Positions 12,719-26,021 are shown, numbered from the whole stretch's first letter. The stretch is 63,410 bases of DNA, filler included, from Reticulomyxa filosa (GCA_000512085.1; 18 parts of 18 records of this genome joined end to end with filler, not necessarily neighbours in it); one strand, 5' to 3'. Program-made: numbers and translations. The notes: a model not told the origin generated them from the sequence alone.

Positions 12719-13170
12719 TCAGTCCGCCTGGCGGCGGCTGCGGATGGCCTGGACTTCTTCCTGGCGCACGTCGGCCGCCAGCTTGTCCAGCACACCGTTG
12801 ACGAACTTGTGGCCGTCGGTGCCGCCGAAGGTCTTGGCGATTTCGATGGCTTCGTTGATGATCACCGGGCACGGCGTCTGCGGGTGCGATACCAGCTCGA
12901 AAGCCGCCATCAGCATCACCGAACGCTCTACCGGGCTCACTTCGCTGGCGTCGCGCTCGTAGTACGGCACCAGGTATTTGGACAGCTCGGCGTGGTCGCG
13001 CAGGACACCGTACAGGATCTCGCGGAACAGCCGCTTCCATCAGCCTTGGCGAAGTAATCGTTTTCACGCAGGTGCTTTTCGATCAGCGATGCCGGGCGGT
13101 CGGCATTCAGCTGCCACTCGTAGATGCCTTGAACGGCATACTCGCGGGCGCGGCGGCGGGCAGTTTTCAT
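12719..13170 (-). CDS. nusB: Bacterial transcription antitermination factor NusB (apparent frameshift at ~13030-13040)
   Basis: MKTARRRAREYAVQGIYEWQL...VIINEAIEIAKTFGGTDGHKFVNGVLDKLA, located directly after ribH. Removing two extra G's in GAT-GgAA-GCGg-CTG restores D-E-A-L-F-R-E-I-L-Y-G-V. Confidence 0.95.
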
Positions 13171-13211
13171 TTACAGCTTCCTTGTAACTAAAGAACGTAC
13201 GCGGCTTGCAA

Positions 13212-13523
13212 TCAGCCGCGCAGGGCCTTGTGCAGATTCGCCATCTCCACGGCCACCTGGGCGGCTTCGCGGCCCTTCACCGACATGCGCACTTCGGCTT
13301 GCTCGTCGGTTTCGGTGGTGAGGATGGCGTTGGCAATCGGAATGCCGGCATCCAGGCCAACGCGGGTGATGCCCGCGCCGGATTCGTTGGATACCAGCTC
13401 GAAGTGATAGGTCTCGCCGCGGATCACCGCGCCCAGCGCGATCAGCGCGTCAAAGCGGCCGGTTTTTGCCATGGTTTGCAGCACCAGCGGGGCCTCCAGC
13501 GCGCCCGGCACGGTAGCCAGGGT
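13212..13523 (-). CDS. ribH: 6,7-dimethyl-8-ribityllumazine synthase, 5'-truncated
   Basis: [12 protein letters not shown]...[27 protein letters not shown]...[10 protein letters not shown]...[15 protein letters not shown], in the conserved ribH-nusB order. Confidence 0.96.
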   Translation of the reverse strand, partial: TLATVPGALEAPLVLQTMAKTGRFDALIALGAVIRGETYHFELVSNESGAGITRVGLDAGIPIANAILTTETDEQAEVRMSVKGREAAQVAVEMANLHKALRG

Positions 13524-13653
13524 NNNNNNNNNNNNNNNNNNNNNNNNNNNNNNNNNNNNNNNNNNNNTTAATTAATTAANNNNNNNNNNNNNNNNNNNNN
13601 NNNNNNNNNNNNNNNNNNNNNNNAAAAAAAAAGAAAATCGACGAAATAAAAGA

Positions 13654-14590
13654 ATGCACCACATTCATCCATGTCATATGGGGATTGAGATTCCGTTGAT
13701 CGTGCCGTCGAACTTTAACACAATGGGCATTTACGGCAAGGTGTCGGAAGTAATGCTCCCTCAGCAGTGCTGGTCATATCGACGAAGAGACCCTATGCAA
13801 TCTGAGTCTTTTGACGAAGATAAAGATAAAAATAAAGATAAAGATGATAATAATAGTGACAATGGCAATGATAATGATAATGATAATGATAATGAAGAGC
13901 ATGAAGAAGAAGAGAAAAGAGCAGAAGGAGAAGAGAAAAAGATAGAGGAAAGAAGAAGAAAGAAGAGCAAGAGCAAAAGGAAAAGAAAAAAAGAGAAGGA
14001 AATAGCAATAACAATAACAACAATGGCAATGACAATGACAACGAAGAGACACATATTTGGGGAAACGTGCATGGTAGTCTATTGCGACGTGTGTTGGAGG
14101 AAATGTATTTCGATTGGAACCGCCTGTTCGCAGAGCCTTTGCCGAAGCAGCAAATACGGCAATTGCAACAAATGCAATCGCTTTCCAATGTGATTCGCAG
14201 TCTGCTGCAAGATATTCCCATTCGATATCGCGTGATGGCCACACTGCTGCCCAGGCCCTACACGTATACGCGTTGGAGTGTCTATCAATCCTTTGTGTCG
14301 GAATGGGTCGTTGCTGCCCATGCACGTCAGTCTCGTGTCAACACGAATATCTCTCCTTGGAGTCATTCTGGTCATCGTCTCGCATCCTGGTCGACGCCCT
14401 TCTTCTTCTTATTCTTCTTCGATTGGTTGCTTCGATACGGATGTTGACATGGATATGGAAATGGGCGTCGATGATGATATCCACATGCACTCTCATTTGG
14501 ATATTGATGCTCGTTGCTCGTCGGACTTTTTCCACGAACGACGCTCCAGGCTCGGCAAACCCAATTATTGTGTTATCACTACTGGCTCCA
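13654..14590 (+). CDS. Hypothetical protein fragment with D/N/E/K low-complexity tract (frame breaks or introns)
   Basis: Protein-like ORFs 13654-14193 and 14067-14447 (GSLLRRVLEEMYFDWNRLF...). No family recognised. Confidence 0.35.
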
Positions 14591-15509
14591 ACTGGAGTTT
14601 GTCTATGTATATACATATACATATATATATATATATATATTTCAATTTAATACAAATGTAAATGTTTGATAAAATAAAGCTACTCGGTCGCATCACTGCA
14701 AAACCGAACTGAAAAAAAGTGACAAGGCAAAACAACGCGTGGTGATATCTGCAAATGAAGAAAAAGCAAAGATGCGATTGAAGGAATACGACCATTGTCT
14801 TGCCCAATTCGCAAAGGAATGGCCAAACAAACAAATGAAGTAGTTTTGACAATTCATTCCAGTTCATCTTTCCCAATACCAGACTATACGTCCACGTTTG
14901 ACCTTTTCATTTCATTTCATTTGTTTTTTTATTTATCTATTTTTATTTAGTTCAAAGTAACTCTATGTTTTTTTTTATAATGTCAACAGAAGACGCTTGC
15001 GCCAAAACAAATGAAAATGAAAAGGAATCAATGTCGTCACATTTAAATCAATCTGACGTTCATGTAAAACATTCCTGTCAAATGACGATCAATTTGTCCA
15101 TATACGTATACATGTACATATATGTATACACTTATATTTATTATATATGTATATATGTGTATAAAGGGGGTAAACGTTCATTGAGTGAAATGACCGAAAA
15201 TTCAATACCTCAATTGGGCTCTTCTTCTCCGTTAGCTATACCCAATGCAATGGAACCGACGGCAATGAAAGAAGAGAATGTTGACAATGTGCGATCAAAA
15301 AAGACGACGGGCCATATCGAGTCTTGGCAAAGTCATCAATTGTTTGTAAACAACAAAGATAAAGATTGGAAAGGCTATTTCATCACGTNNNNNNNNNNNN
15401 NNNNNNNNNNNNNNNNNNNNNNNNNNNNNNNNTTAATTAATTAANNNNNNNNNNNNNNNNNNNNNNNNNNNNNNNNNNNNNNNNNNNNGGGGGACTTGTT
15501 GATAGTGAA

Positions 15510-16494
15510 ATGGGTATAGTTTCGTTGAAATTTTATCTTATTGGACTTTTATTGTTTTGTGTATTGAATATCATATTTTTCCGAGATATCTTGGTTCAAC
15601 TCTCAAAGGACAGTGATGTGTTTGCCTTTTACCAATTGGGAACAGTGGTTCCGATAGAAGAGAAACCAGAGACAGAGACAATGTCCCCCCCACAAATAAC
15701 GCAACTATTGCGGCGAACAAAAGATGATCAGAATAACACAGTGACTCCTCACAGAAACAAAAATCCAATCAACAAAGCACAATTATTCAAGTATTATACC
15801 AATCAGAACCAAAGTCTCACATACGACATAAATGAGTTTGGCGAAGTAGCCAATAGGGAAGATGTGCAATCATTTGTAAGCTATTGGCAAACACATACAA
15901 TACCAGATCTCATCTTGTTCGGGCTGGGCTTAGCAAAGAGTGGTTCCACAACAATTACAACCAAGTTGTGGGCTTCCAAAGAGTTTGCTCGCACGCGAAA
16001 AGGTGAACTATGGACTTTGGCACATTGCGGTTAAAAAAAAAAAAATTCCCCCTTTTTTTTTTTTTTTTTTTTTTATAAAAAAGAATGAGCAACAACTCAA
16101 CGATGTAATAAGCAAAGGAGAAGCGATGACACAAAATGACGTAAAGGAAATCCTTCAAACAACCCAGTGGATTGAGCCAAGATCAAGAAAGAAAGAAAAC
16201 TTGTCGGAACATAAAATGCCACAACCCTTGTGCTATGTGCCAATGAGGGACATGTCACTGAATCCAATGAATGAGAAAGATCAACGATGGAAACGTATTG
16301 GCTTTCTCACTATGTTTGCCTTGTGTAAGAATTTGGACCTCTTTGATAATACAGTGACATGTAAAAAAGATGTCACTGATTGCATGAACAAAGTAGCGAA
16401 AATTATCGATTTCAACGAGAGTGAAGTGGAATATGTCTATGGGCTGTACGAAACTGACAAAAATATTGCTGAGGCTTTGATGCAGCTGTTTTAA
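15510..16494 (+). CDS. Type II membrane sulfotransferase-like protein (exon structure uncertain)
   Basis: N-terminal signal anchor and stem region, then LILFGLGLAKSGSTTI...RKGELW, which resembles the 5'-PSB PAPS-binding loop. A probable intron starts near 16030. Confidence 0.5.
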
Positions 16495-17206
16495 CCCCTA
16501 TTTTTATTGTTTTTTCGCTTTTTTTAAACCAAATTACCTTTTTTTTTAAAACAAAAAAAAAATGTTTACGTATTTTTTTTTTGGAGGTAAGACGAATTTT
16601 TTTTTTTTCTTGGTTGAGAGTGAAATAAATTCTGTTAAATTTGTTTTTTTTTTTTTTTTTGGGGCCACAGCAGTTGAAATTCTGATTAGTCATCATCTTG
16701 TGGAACTCTTGCAATTGTTGTTGTTTTCTATTAGTCTTTGACACCCTTAGTTTCGGTAATAAACAGTTTTAGTCATTAAGACTTCTTCTGATATCAATTT
16801 TTCTATGTACAACAATTTTTTTTTGAGTTGTTTTGGATAATTTCGAATAGTATGCGTTTTCACAGTGCACATCCTGCAGATAATCAGCCAGTCACCAAGG
16901 AGTGAAAGCATGATTGAAATTAATCGTACGATTCAAATTTTATGTTCATTTAAGAAAAAAAGATCAAGCAACTAATAAAAATGGATTTATTGTAACACAT
17001 AAAAACACAAGAACTCTATTGAAGCGCCGTGTTCCAAATGTAATAAATGTTTTATTATTTCGCTCTTACCAAGTGACATTTTGCAAACAAAGCGAAAAAT
17101 CACGATTAATTTTTTTGTAACAAAAACTGGAGAGAAACGTTATACAAAAAACGGAGAATGTTTTCCTTAAAAATTTCCAACATAAATAAAAAGGATAGAA
17201 ATAAGA

Positions 17207-20200
17207 ATGCCCAAACATTGGAGGAATGTCGCAACTTATTTGTTTGATATGTATAATTTGGTGGTTTCGTTGGCGGATATGGTGACAGATGTGTTAGTGT
17301 TACAGCAGTACTACGAAGAGAAGCAGACAGTATTTTTTTGGATCGGAGCAGCGAATTTGGCGTTGGCACAGCTGTGTTATAGCTTTGTATTTGTGATGCG
17401 GCATGTAGACCAAGGAGGCTGTTGGAAGCGAGTGTTAGTGTTTTTGGCAGTGTTGCCAATCTCGCCATTGTTATGTATAGTATTTTATTGGGAGTCGTTT
17501 CCGAACAACAGACTGTCGAAATTGATGGAAAAGTTGCATTTGAATCCAATCGAAAATGCGACCACGACGACTACGACGACGACGATGACAACAGCAGCAG
17601 CAGCGACAATGACATCATCTGCACAAAGACAAAATGAAGATAGAGACGTAGACGAAATGGATATGTCCGAATGGGCACGAGAGAGAATTCAAAAAAACTT
17701 GGGATTTATTTTGGAAGCGATAGTGGAGGCATTTCCACAAAGCTTATTACAAATGACGGCGCTCGTGTACACACAACGCGTGACTTGGATGACATTATGT
17801 TCGATCTTTTTGTCATTGGCCAGCTTCGCCACAAAGTCGATTGTGTTCAGTCGATCTCTCAATGTCCACGTGTTTGTATTCAACTGGCTGTCGATGGTCA
17901 TCGACTTTGTCGGCATCTTCACCGTCGTATCGTGGGTGTTCTTTGTCCCTTCGTCCTCGCGCTACCACTTTATGATCACGCACACCCCTTTGGGACATTT
18001 CACGTGGCTGGCTGTCGCTTGGTTTTACAAAATGCTTGTGTGCAGTCTGCCTTTTATCTTTTTGACGAGTGTCATTACCACCGGGTTCACCATTCGCGAG
18101 TTCTTTTTCGATCTCACCTTTCTCACTTTCCCTTTTTCTCTATCTTCGCTTTTCAAGTTCTCTTTCACTCTTTTCTTTTCTTGTCTCGTCGCTCTTTTTT
18201 TTTTGCTGGCTATTCCTTTGTCGGTTTATTCCTTTTCGAGTTCCCTTTTTTTGCTGGCATTGCTTGGTTTTTGCATAAAATCAATCAATTGCGTTACAAG
18301 TTTGATACCTCTCTCTCTATATATGTATATATGTATATATGTGTATATGTATATGTTATATACATTTATATGTTATGATAGAAACATCATATAATATATG
18401 TATATATATACATATATATATATATACGTATACGTATATATACAATTATTCATGTATACAGCGTATGTGTGTAGTATACGTACTGGTGCGGGAAACTTTT
18501 TTTTTTTAAAAAAAATTAAAAAAATGTTGTTTCAATGATATAATAAAGCTCAGTTCACCATGAGTTTTGGAGGAAGTCAATCCAATTTGCGCAGCAATCC
18601 CCCGCGTCGAGACGATTCTTTTTTGGGACACTGTTTCTGTGGACCTTCAACTGTTTGCACAGCCTGTCGATCACGTATCTTTGCTGTTGCAACTTTCGGA
18701 ACCTGACGAATCTGCAGACAATGCCACTGCCGGCATCGGCAATAACAACAGTAGGGACAACGGGGACAACAGGGACAGCAGCAGGGACGGGCATAAGAAC
18801 CGCAGCGGCGGCAATGGCAGCAGCGACGACAACGACGAAGCAGCATTGGAAAAAAAGAAAGCACGAAAAAAAAATATCGCTATTGGTCGGTGGCCAAAGT
18901 GAGTACATGAGTTTGTCGAAACAAAACAACACAATGAAAAACGCAAAGCGGAAGAAGAAGAAAAGGGGCTCGTCGGTGAACGATTGGCTGGAATTTTCCG
19001 TGGAAAAATCTGCGGTCAATAAAGAACTAAGGGACGTCGTGTTGCGACTGTCCATTGTCAATTGGGTGGTCAGCTCCCCTCGTCTTAAAAACTCGATGCG
19101 TTTGCATGACTTTCTAAGCCAGGTCTTGTTTGGAAGCGCTTGTGTCAAAGAGCTGAAGGGTGAACAAGACTTGTCGAAATCACTCGCCAATTACAATGTC
19201 CGTGCCAATCCGAATCTTCATCCACTTTTGGCACAGAATGTTCTCCAACCTACAGTCATGACCGCACAGGCTATGCATGTCCCTGTCCATCGTGTCAGAG
19301 GCAATACCAATGGCAATGGTGGCAATGGTGGTGCGAATGACGAAAAGAATGAACGCCACTCCAACAACCAAGACAAAGATAACGGTGACGATTATGACGA
19401 TGATGACGACGATGATGATGATGATGATGATGATGATGAAGAAGAAGAAGAAGAAATACATAGATTTGGATACGAATGTTGTCGTGATCGCAAGCGTATT
19501 CATATCACCAATGCATCAATTGCCATGTCGTATGAGGAACTGACTTTTGCACATTTGCGTTATTTCAGTCATCGTCCGGACTATTCTTTCTTTTGTCCAA
19601 CCGTTGGAAAGCACTTCACCATGGACCTGACAGACGCCAGAAATGGCTTGCGCAGGGTTGAACAGAGTGGCAACCCAACACCACTGCAATTGTGTCTGGC
19701 TAAATTTTGGGTATTATGTTTCCAAGTGTGGACCTTTGTTACGCTACCACTTTATTTGCTTGGACGCACGCTGGCTTTCTTTTTCCCTCTGCTTTGCTTT
19801 TTCTATCAATTGGCCATTGCTCCAAGTATTGTCCATGTCGGCTTGTTGCAAATGGCTTTGACGATTGTTTATATTTTGTTGATTCTCATTTTGATTTTTG
19901 CTGTTGCTCCGTATACTTTTTGGTGGTATTGGATTTCTTGGCACGTCTTACCAGGCTTGTTCATACATTCTTGTTTTTATATATTCATTGTTTCATTTTG
20001 TTTCACATTTATTTAAAAAAAAAAAAGGAAGCTTTGCTGTTGATTTATCCATGATTGATCGACATCAAAAAGAGGCTATTAATGACATAAAAATAATGTA
20101 TGACACCATTCTTGCAACTAAAGTCAAAGAAACCATTTTGCGAGACACGTTTGGGCCAGATCTCGCCAGTGTTATTTTGCTTTATTTACCCCATGACTTT

Positions 20201-20350
20201 GATTTGAACGTACTGCAATGGTATCAAAAAAGATATACGAATTATGCTGAAGGTGGAGATGAACATCCACAATACAATCGAAATCCAATTTTACAATTAG
20301 ATCTTATTGAGTCATCAAATAATTTAGACGCCCTTTTGCCTTTGTCTTGA
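17207..20350 (+). CDS. XK-related (Xkr scramblase-like) multi-pass membrane protein, multi-exon
   Basis: SLADMVTDVLVLQQYY...FFW and ILEAIVEAFPQSLLQMTAL match the XK-family 'D..TD' and 'E...E..PQ..LQ' motifs. Many transmembrane segments, continuing through 18550-19950 and 20028-20350. Confidence 0.75.
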
Positions 20351-20773
20351 ATGTGTTTTCGTACAAAATTGTAATACAATAAAATTCAGATCAAATACAT
20401 TATTGTTACTTCTTTCTCAATTTTTACCTTTTTTTTGAGCAATAATCAATAACATAGTTTTCAACTAATGAATTTTCGTTCGTATGTTCGTCATGTTTTT
20501 CAAATAAAATAAACATACATGACTAGCTGGTGAAGAGTACTAAACGTTATAAAGACTGTTGTTTTTCGATTATTATCCACACAAAATATATGATATATGC
20601 AAAATCTTCAACCAGCTATGTCTGAATTTTAGAACTCAAATCAAATTAAGTACAAAGAACCAGAAATTGTGTACTTCAGGAGAAAAAACAAACAACTCAC
20701 AAAAACTGGGGAGGAAAAACAACAATAAAAAAGTTGATATTCAACGTCAATTGACAATATATAGCCATAGCAA

Positions 20774-21840
20774 TTACTTTCCATATAATATTTGGTTTCG
20801 TAGAAACTCTCTTCTTTTGAGTTCTCTGTCTGCTTCTTTTTCTGTCCATAGAGCATAATTAGCACTTCCACTGATATTTACAATACCAAAACACACAGTT
20901 TCGTGTTCTTTTACGTAAGTATGACCCATATCTCGGAACTTCTCACTTCTGGTGGTACGACCTTTAACTCTCCATTCGCTGTGTTTGGAATCCCATTGAA
21001 CTTCCAAATCTACACGCATACCTTTCTCAAAGCTTCCTCGTAAACCCGTACCTTTATGATCCATCCCAACAAACCATAAGCCATGATCTGCAAATATTCC
21101 AAATGAGTCCTCTGGAGCGGCATCTCCTTTAAACCATGCCACTTCTTGTAATGGCCCTCGACAAAATCCAAACCATCCGCTGGAGTTTCCTTCCAAGCAT
21201 TCAATTTGGAATCGAAATGGCTCTGAGCTTAATTGCTGACGATGAAACTATGTTTTCCAAGAAAAACAAAAAGGAATGGATATGTGGTGTGTATGGTTTA
21301 GTCTTATTTCAATCGTTCTGTCATATAAGATATGCACTGGAAATGAATAACGAATAAACTAAACGTTGATATCGATAATGCAAAAGCAAGTCCCAACGGC
21401 ATTGACCTCATTTTTTCTTGGAAATTTGCAGAATTTGTTGTTATGTTCCCAATTTTGTATCCATTGCATTGATCCATTAGTCGGTATGGATAAGTCTTCG
21501 TCCAGCCCTTTCAATTCCTTTTCAATTATCCAGGCAATGGTCTTTGCGTTTGCGCCAAGGTCTTCTTCTTCTTCCTCTTCCACAGACTCTTCTGTCACTG
21601 ATCCATCTTTTCTATCATCGCTCGCGTTTAGTTCAAATGTCAAAGGCTGCAAGTTTTCTTGTGGTTTTTTCTTGTTAGATTTATCATTATCAGCCGACGC
21701 AAAACTAGAATCAGATCCCATATCTGCACATATTATGAAAATAAAGATATATACACATATATATGTATATCAACTAAAAAAAAAAAAAAAAAGAGGAAAT
21801 TGAAAAAATGCTAACCCATGCTCAAAACAGTGGGCGGATG
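20774..21840 (-). CDS. Hypothetical protein, acidic region plus beta-rich (SPRY-like?) C-terminus, 5'-partial
   Basis: ORFs 21359-21721 and 20774-21196 (GWFGFCRG...DSFGIF...FEKGMRVDLEVQW) separated by an intron-like gap. The fold call is weak. Confidence 0.45.
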
Positions 21841-21999
21841 TTTTGGACTCAATAGTTGANNNNNNNNNNNNNNNNNNNNNNNNNNNNNNNNNNNNNNNNN
21901 NNNTTAATTAATTAANNNNNNNNNNNNNNNNNNNNNNNNNNNNNNNNNNNNNNNNNNNNTTTTTTTTTTTTCCAAAAAAAAAAAAAAAAAAAAAAAAAA

Positions 22000-23631
22000 T
22001 TGCAAACCTTGATTCATGACTATCTTGTTTGGTAACAATAAGCAAAGCCTTGCTTGCACCCCCCATGCTATTGTGAATGGAAGTACTATTTTTGTTGGAC
22101 AGACTGGAGTCGAGAGGGACAGTGTGCTCATTGGCGTCACTTGACTGATATGGGAAGGACGAATCGTTTGCTGGTAAGTATTCCACAGACTTGGTTCGGC
22201 CACGTTTCATCTGTTTGCTATCCATGGCGCGACGATGCGTGATGCGAACATAATTATTGTACTGATACATTATATCGGTGCTGTTTTTATCTTCATCCTC
22301 ATTGTTGGTCCCCTCGGCATTTTGGCCTTGAGGATTGTTGGAGTTATTGTTATCTGTTGCAGAGGTGTCATTATCGTCATTATCATCATTGTCGTCATTG
22401 TCGTCATTGTCACTATGGCTGTTCTCGTTGTATGTGTTGTTATTATTCGAATGGCCATATTCATCTTCATTTTCATTGTCACCGTTGCTTTCGCCACTGC
22501 CATTGTGTCCGTGCTTCTGTTCTCTGTGGCTATGGTGAGGTTTTTTCGACGAGCTGTACTCCTGTTTGAGCAGCGTTTCCTTGTCAATTCGCGCATCATA
22601 TTTCTGTTTTTTACGGTCATTTTTCACTAGCGTTCCGTTGTTGTCTATTTCCGAGCCCGAATCTTATTTATTTGTGCCAAAGGTGAAAAGAAGAAAAAAA
22701 AAAAAAAAAAAGGGGGTGCCTATTTCAAAAAAAAAAAAAAAAAAAATTGCACTTTTGGGTTCATAAAAAAACTACACATATAAATTTTTTTTTTCAAAAA
22801 AAAAAAAAAAAATATATATATATATTATATATACATATTATATAATATAAAATAATACACACTTTTTGAAGACTGATGAAGAAGAAAAGGGCGAAATGGA
22901 ACTGATTGCCTGGAATGATTGGAATATTCGGTTTTTTTAATGGGACGCACTTGTGGTTGTTTTTTTATGTGATTGGTGCGGTGTCGCTTCTGTGATTTGT
23001 GATGGACACCGTCGACATTGTGATAGACGTGGTCTTGCTTATTCTCATCGTCGCGATAGCCATTGCAACAGTTTGGCTTGGCCTTTATTTTATTGCTTGC
23101 CTCGAGCGATGGCGATACAAACCACAATGTCAACAACCCGCAAATGCATAAAACTACGCCGGCTGCGTTCAATACTATGCTTAGCGTGTTGGACAGTTCG
23201 AATGGCGCCACGTCGTTCTCACTCCTCGTATCATCCAACTGGCTCTTAATAAAATCAAATTCCAATATTATATACGCTGTTGCTATATTTACCACATTCC
23301 AAATCACAAAGGCTATACTCATACCCAAATATTTCACTGCTGGATTCGCCAATGCATTTGCACAAGACCACAAACATCCTCCAATCAATCCATACCATGA
23401 CATATAAAAACCACTTATACTGCTCGAAGAGTCACTGTTATTCCACTGTCTTGACGTTCGCCAATCATGTGTCGCTAATGCTTGCAAACAACCCACAAAA
23501 AATATCCCTGAGCATTGGAACCATTGAAACACAAATCCATCATATGTTGGGTACTTTTTTACTGGGATATAATTACTACCAAAACATATCGACGCTATGA
23601 GACAACCAAGAAGGCCAATTAAATGCGCCAT
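22000..23631 (-). CDS. TMEM144: TMEM144-family (DMT superfamily) transporter, 3'-partial (exon 1 23631-22863, exon 2 from 22662)
   Basis: GCLIASICFGSNYIPVKKYPTYDGFVFQWFQC...GGCLWSCAN...VKYLGMSIAFVIWN is the TMEM144 N-terminus. A phase-1 GT-AG intron at 22862-22663 joins it in frame to the N/D-rich ORF ending at the spacer. Confidence 0.85.
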
Positions 23632-24375
23632 TGCTGTTTTTTTTTTTCAAGAGTTTTTTTCTTCGCCAAAACTGGCTGGGCTGCTCTTAATTTATCAGAT
23701 CTTTTTTACTTGCCAGAGAAAAAAAATGGACGCATGCACATATAATTTTATATTGTTTTATTAAAGTCTTGTGTAATAATAAACAAGTTTGAGTTCTCAA
23801 ATCTTACATACAATCAATTTGATGAAAAGGTTTTTGCTAAACTGTAATGCCAAATTGTAACATGAAGGATCAAAACTCATCCTATTAATAGTTTTGATCC
23901 GACAAAACTATCAAGCGATCTAGAGGAATGTTAAGTTTTTGTATCAGTTATCGGACGTAGAAAATTCAAACTATTTAAATTCTAAGTTTGTGCTACCAAA
24001 ACGTTAAATTTCAATCCCACAGCCATAATAAATAAGATGCACTCACAAATGCAAAAGGCCAGGAAATAGCCTGAGCAAGAGTGAAGAAAAGCGTGAGAAA
24101 ATGATTTAAATTGTATGACTGATAAAAATATACGTTAGTTGTGTTTTTTTTTTAAAAAACAATTAATTGGCGGTCAATTTTATTTTTTCTGAATGAAACC
24201 GCGCAAAAAAAAGCCTATTGAAAATGAAGACGAAGAAAAAACAAGCACAATAAAACAAAATTCTTTCAATTGTAACTTTTTTTTTATTATTATTAAAAAA
24301 AAAAGATTAGATTGAGGCATCATTGAGTTATTATCCCAAACGTGCATCAGCCAGCAGCATGGTTGAAGCAAGTGA

Positions 24376-25680
24376 TCATTTTCGTTTTCTCATTTGTGAA
24401 GGAAAGCAGCGAATGCAATCGCTTTTTTTGGCATTACTAGAGTGGTTTTGATAGCAAAGTTGGTGATAATAATGCCCACAAAAAAAGACAAGAATATTGG
24501 GAAGGTCTTTTGTCTTTTGTTTCAAGTCGGCAATAGCAGAGAAGGTACTATTGTTGTTTGCATGTGCGGCATGTTCAGTGATGGATTCTGTGGGGTTAGA
24601 TTTATTTAAAGCATTGGTACTATTGGATTCGAAAGAGAAGGAATAGAGTCCTCCAACGACAACGACATCAGTGGAAGGTGTTTGTGTGGGCGAAGTGGCA
24701 GTGGTAGAGGTAGTGGGAGCACCAGTACCAGTGGGAGTACCAGTACCAACAGCAGCAGTAGCAGCAGTTGCTTTTTGTTGTCGTTGAATTTCTTCGAACA
24801 ACTTGCGATCCTCTCTCATTTTGAAAAAAGACTTGACACTGTTTTGCAAGCCACTCAAAGCATTGTTATACATGCGAAGTTTGTTGCCAAAATCTTTTTG
24901 CAGTGGACTACTGCTTTTTTGTTCTGTCGAGTCATCCCAATCGGACTCACTGTCGTTGTTGGACCAGTCGGCGTGTTCGGTATGCAAAGGATTTCGCAAC
25001 AATGGAGTACCACAAATGGTGCAGCGATTGGTCGTGGACTTGCCTTTCAAGTTTACAGCGACACCTCGTTTCGACTCATTAATAAAATTCTTTGTCATTT
25101 TCAAGCAATCTTCTTTTAATATATTGGCAGTTCCTTTATGTAGTTGTTCCTTTCACACACACACACACACACAAACACATATATACATACATACATATGT
25201 TTATTGCAAAAAAAAACGTATAATGAAAGGAATCAATTAATTTGTTGCAACGCAGAATCTACCTCAATATTATACTCTTGCAACAACGTAAGCAACTTTT
25301 GTCGCAACTGTGGAACATGCAAATCATCGGGAATCCTTTGGATCAAGTCAATAGCAAAGACCTTGCCACCAGGCTTGGTTGGATGATATCTGACCGAATC
25401 GAGCAACTGCGGGACCAAGTCTTTGGCATTGGAAAGCGTTTCGTCCACCAACTTGTGCCACATGGATTCGTCCCCTTGCTTTTGGATGTATACACTGCCT
25501 TGTTCATGTCTTTGATTTTGGTGAGCAGTACTTGTAAGGCCTCGCCATAGGTGCCCATGCGATGCAACAGCAACACCTTGCACTCGTACAGCTGTTTGCA
25601 GTACGAGTCGTAAATGGCCAGCACTTGGCTCCATTGTAACGTGTCGAGCACCTTGTATTGCAGTCGCGGATCAAGTCGAT

Positions 25681-25729
<49 letters not shown>

Positions 25730-25972
25730 TGACGTCTTGTCCTTCTCGCGAGTCATCACATTGTTGCTGAGCACGGCGATTTGGGCCAGTCGAGATTGAA
25801 TGTGCGACAACACATCTGAAAATTTTATGGAATTGGAGACCGATATAAACTGCAGCAGTTTCTGCGAGTTGAATTCGATATACGAGCAAGCCAGCAAATC
25901 ATGGAACTGTTCGTATTCAGGCCCTTCGCTAGAGGATAGTAATGCATCTAAATACTTGTACTAATATATATA

Positions 25973-26021
<49 letters not shown>

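Noticed and set aside
12937-13067. Programmed frameshifting in nusB and other split ORFs
   Set aside because: The nusB break is explained by homopolymer over-calls and several others lie at homopolymers. I saw no slippery-site plus structure signature.
12516-13523. Horizontal transfer of ribH-nusB (or rhuM at 50257-51511) into the protist
   Set aside because: Each occupies a whole contig with bacterial signals and has no junction to host DNA.
13761-14325. Long antisense or overlapping ORFs (also 8985-9560, 18555-19190, 22235-22630, 24682-25240)
   Set aside because: They are shadows of trinucleotide low-complexity or GC-richer coding sequence on the opposite strand.
23867-23900. 11-bp inverted repeat ggatcaaaact/agttttgatcc upstream of TMEM144
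   Set aside because: Short, AT-rich and single-copy in the window, so compatible with chance.
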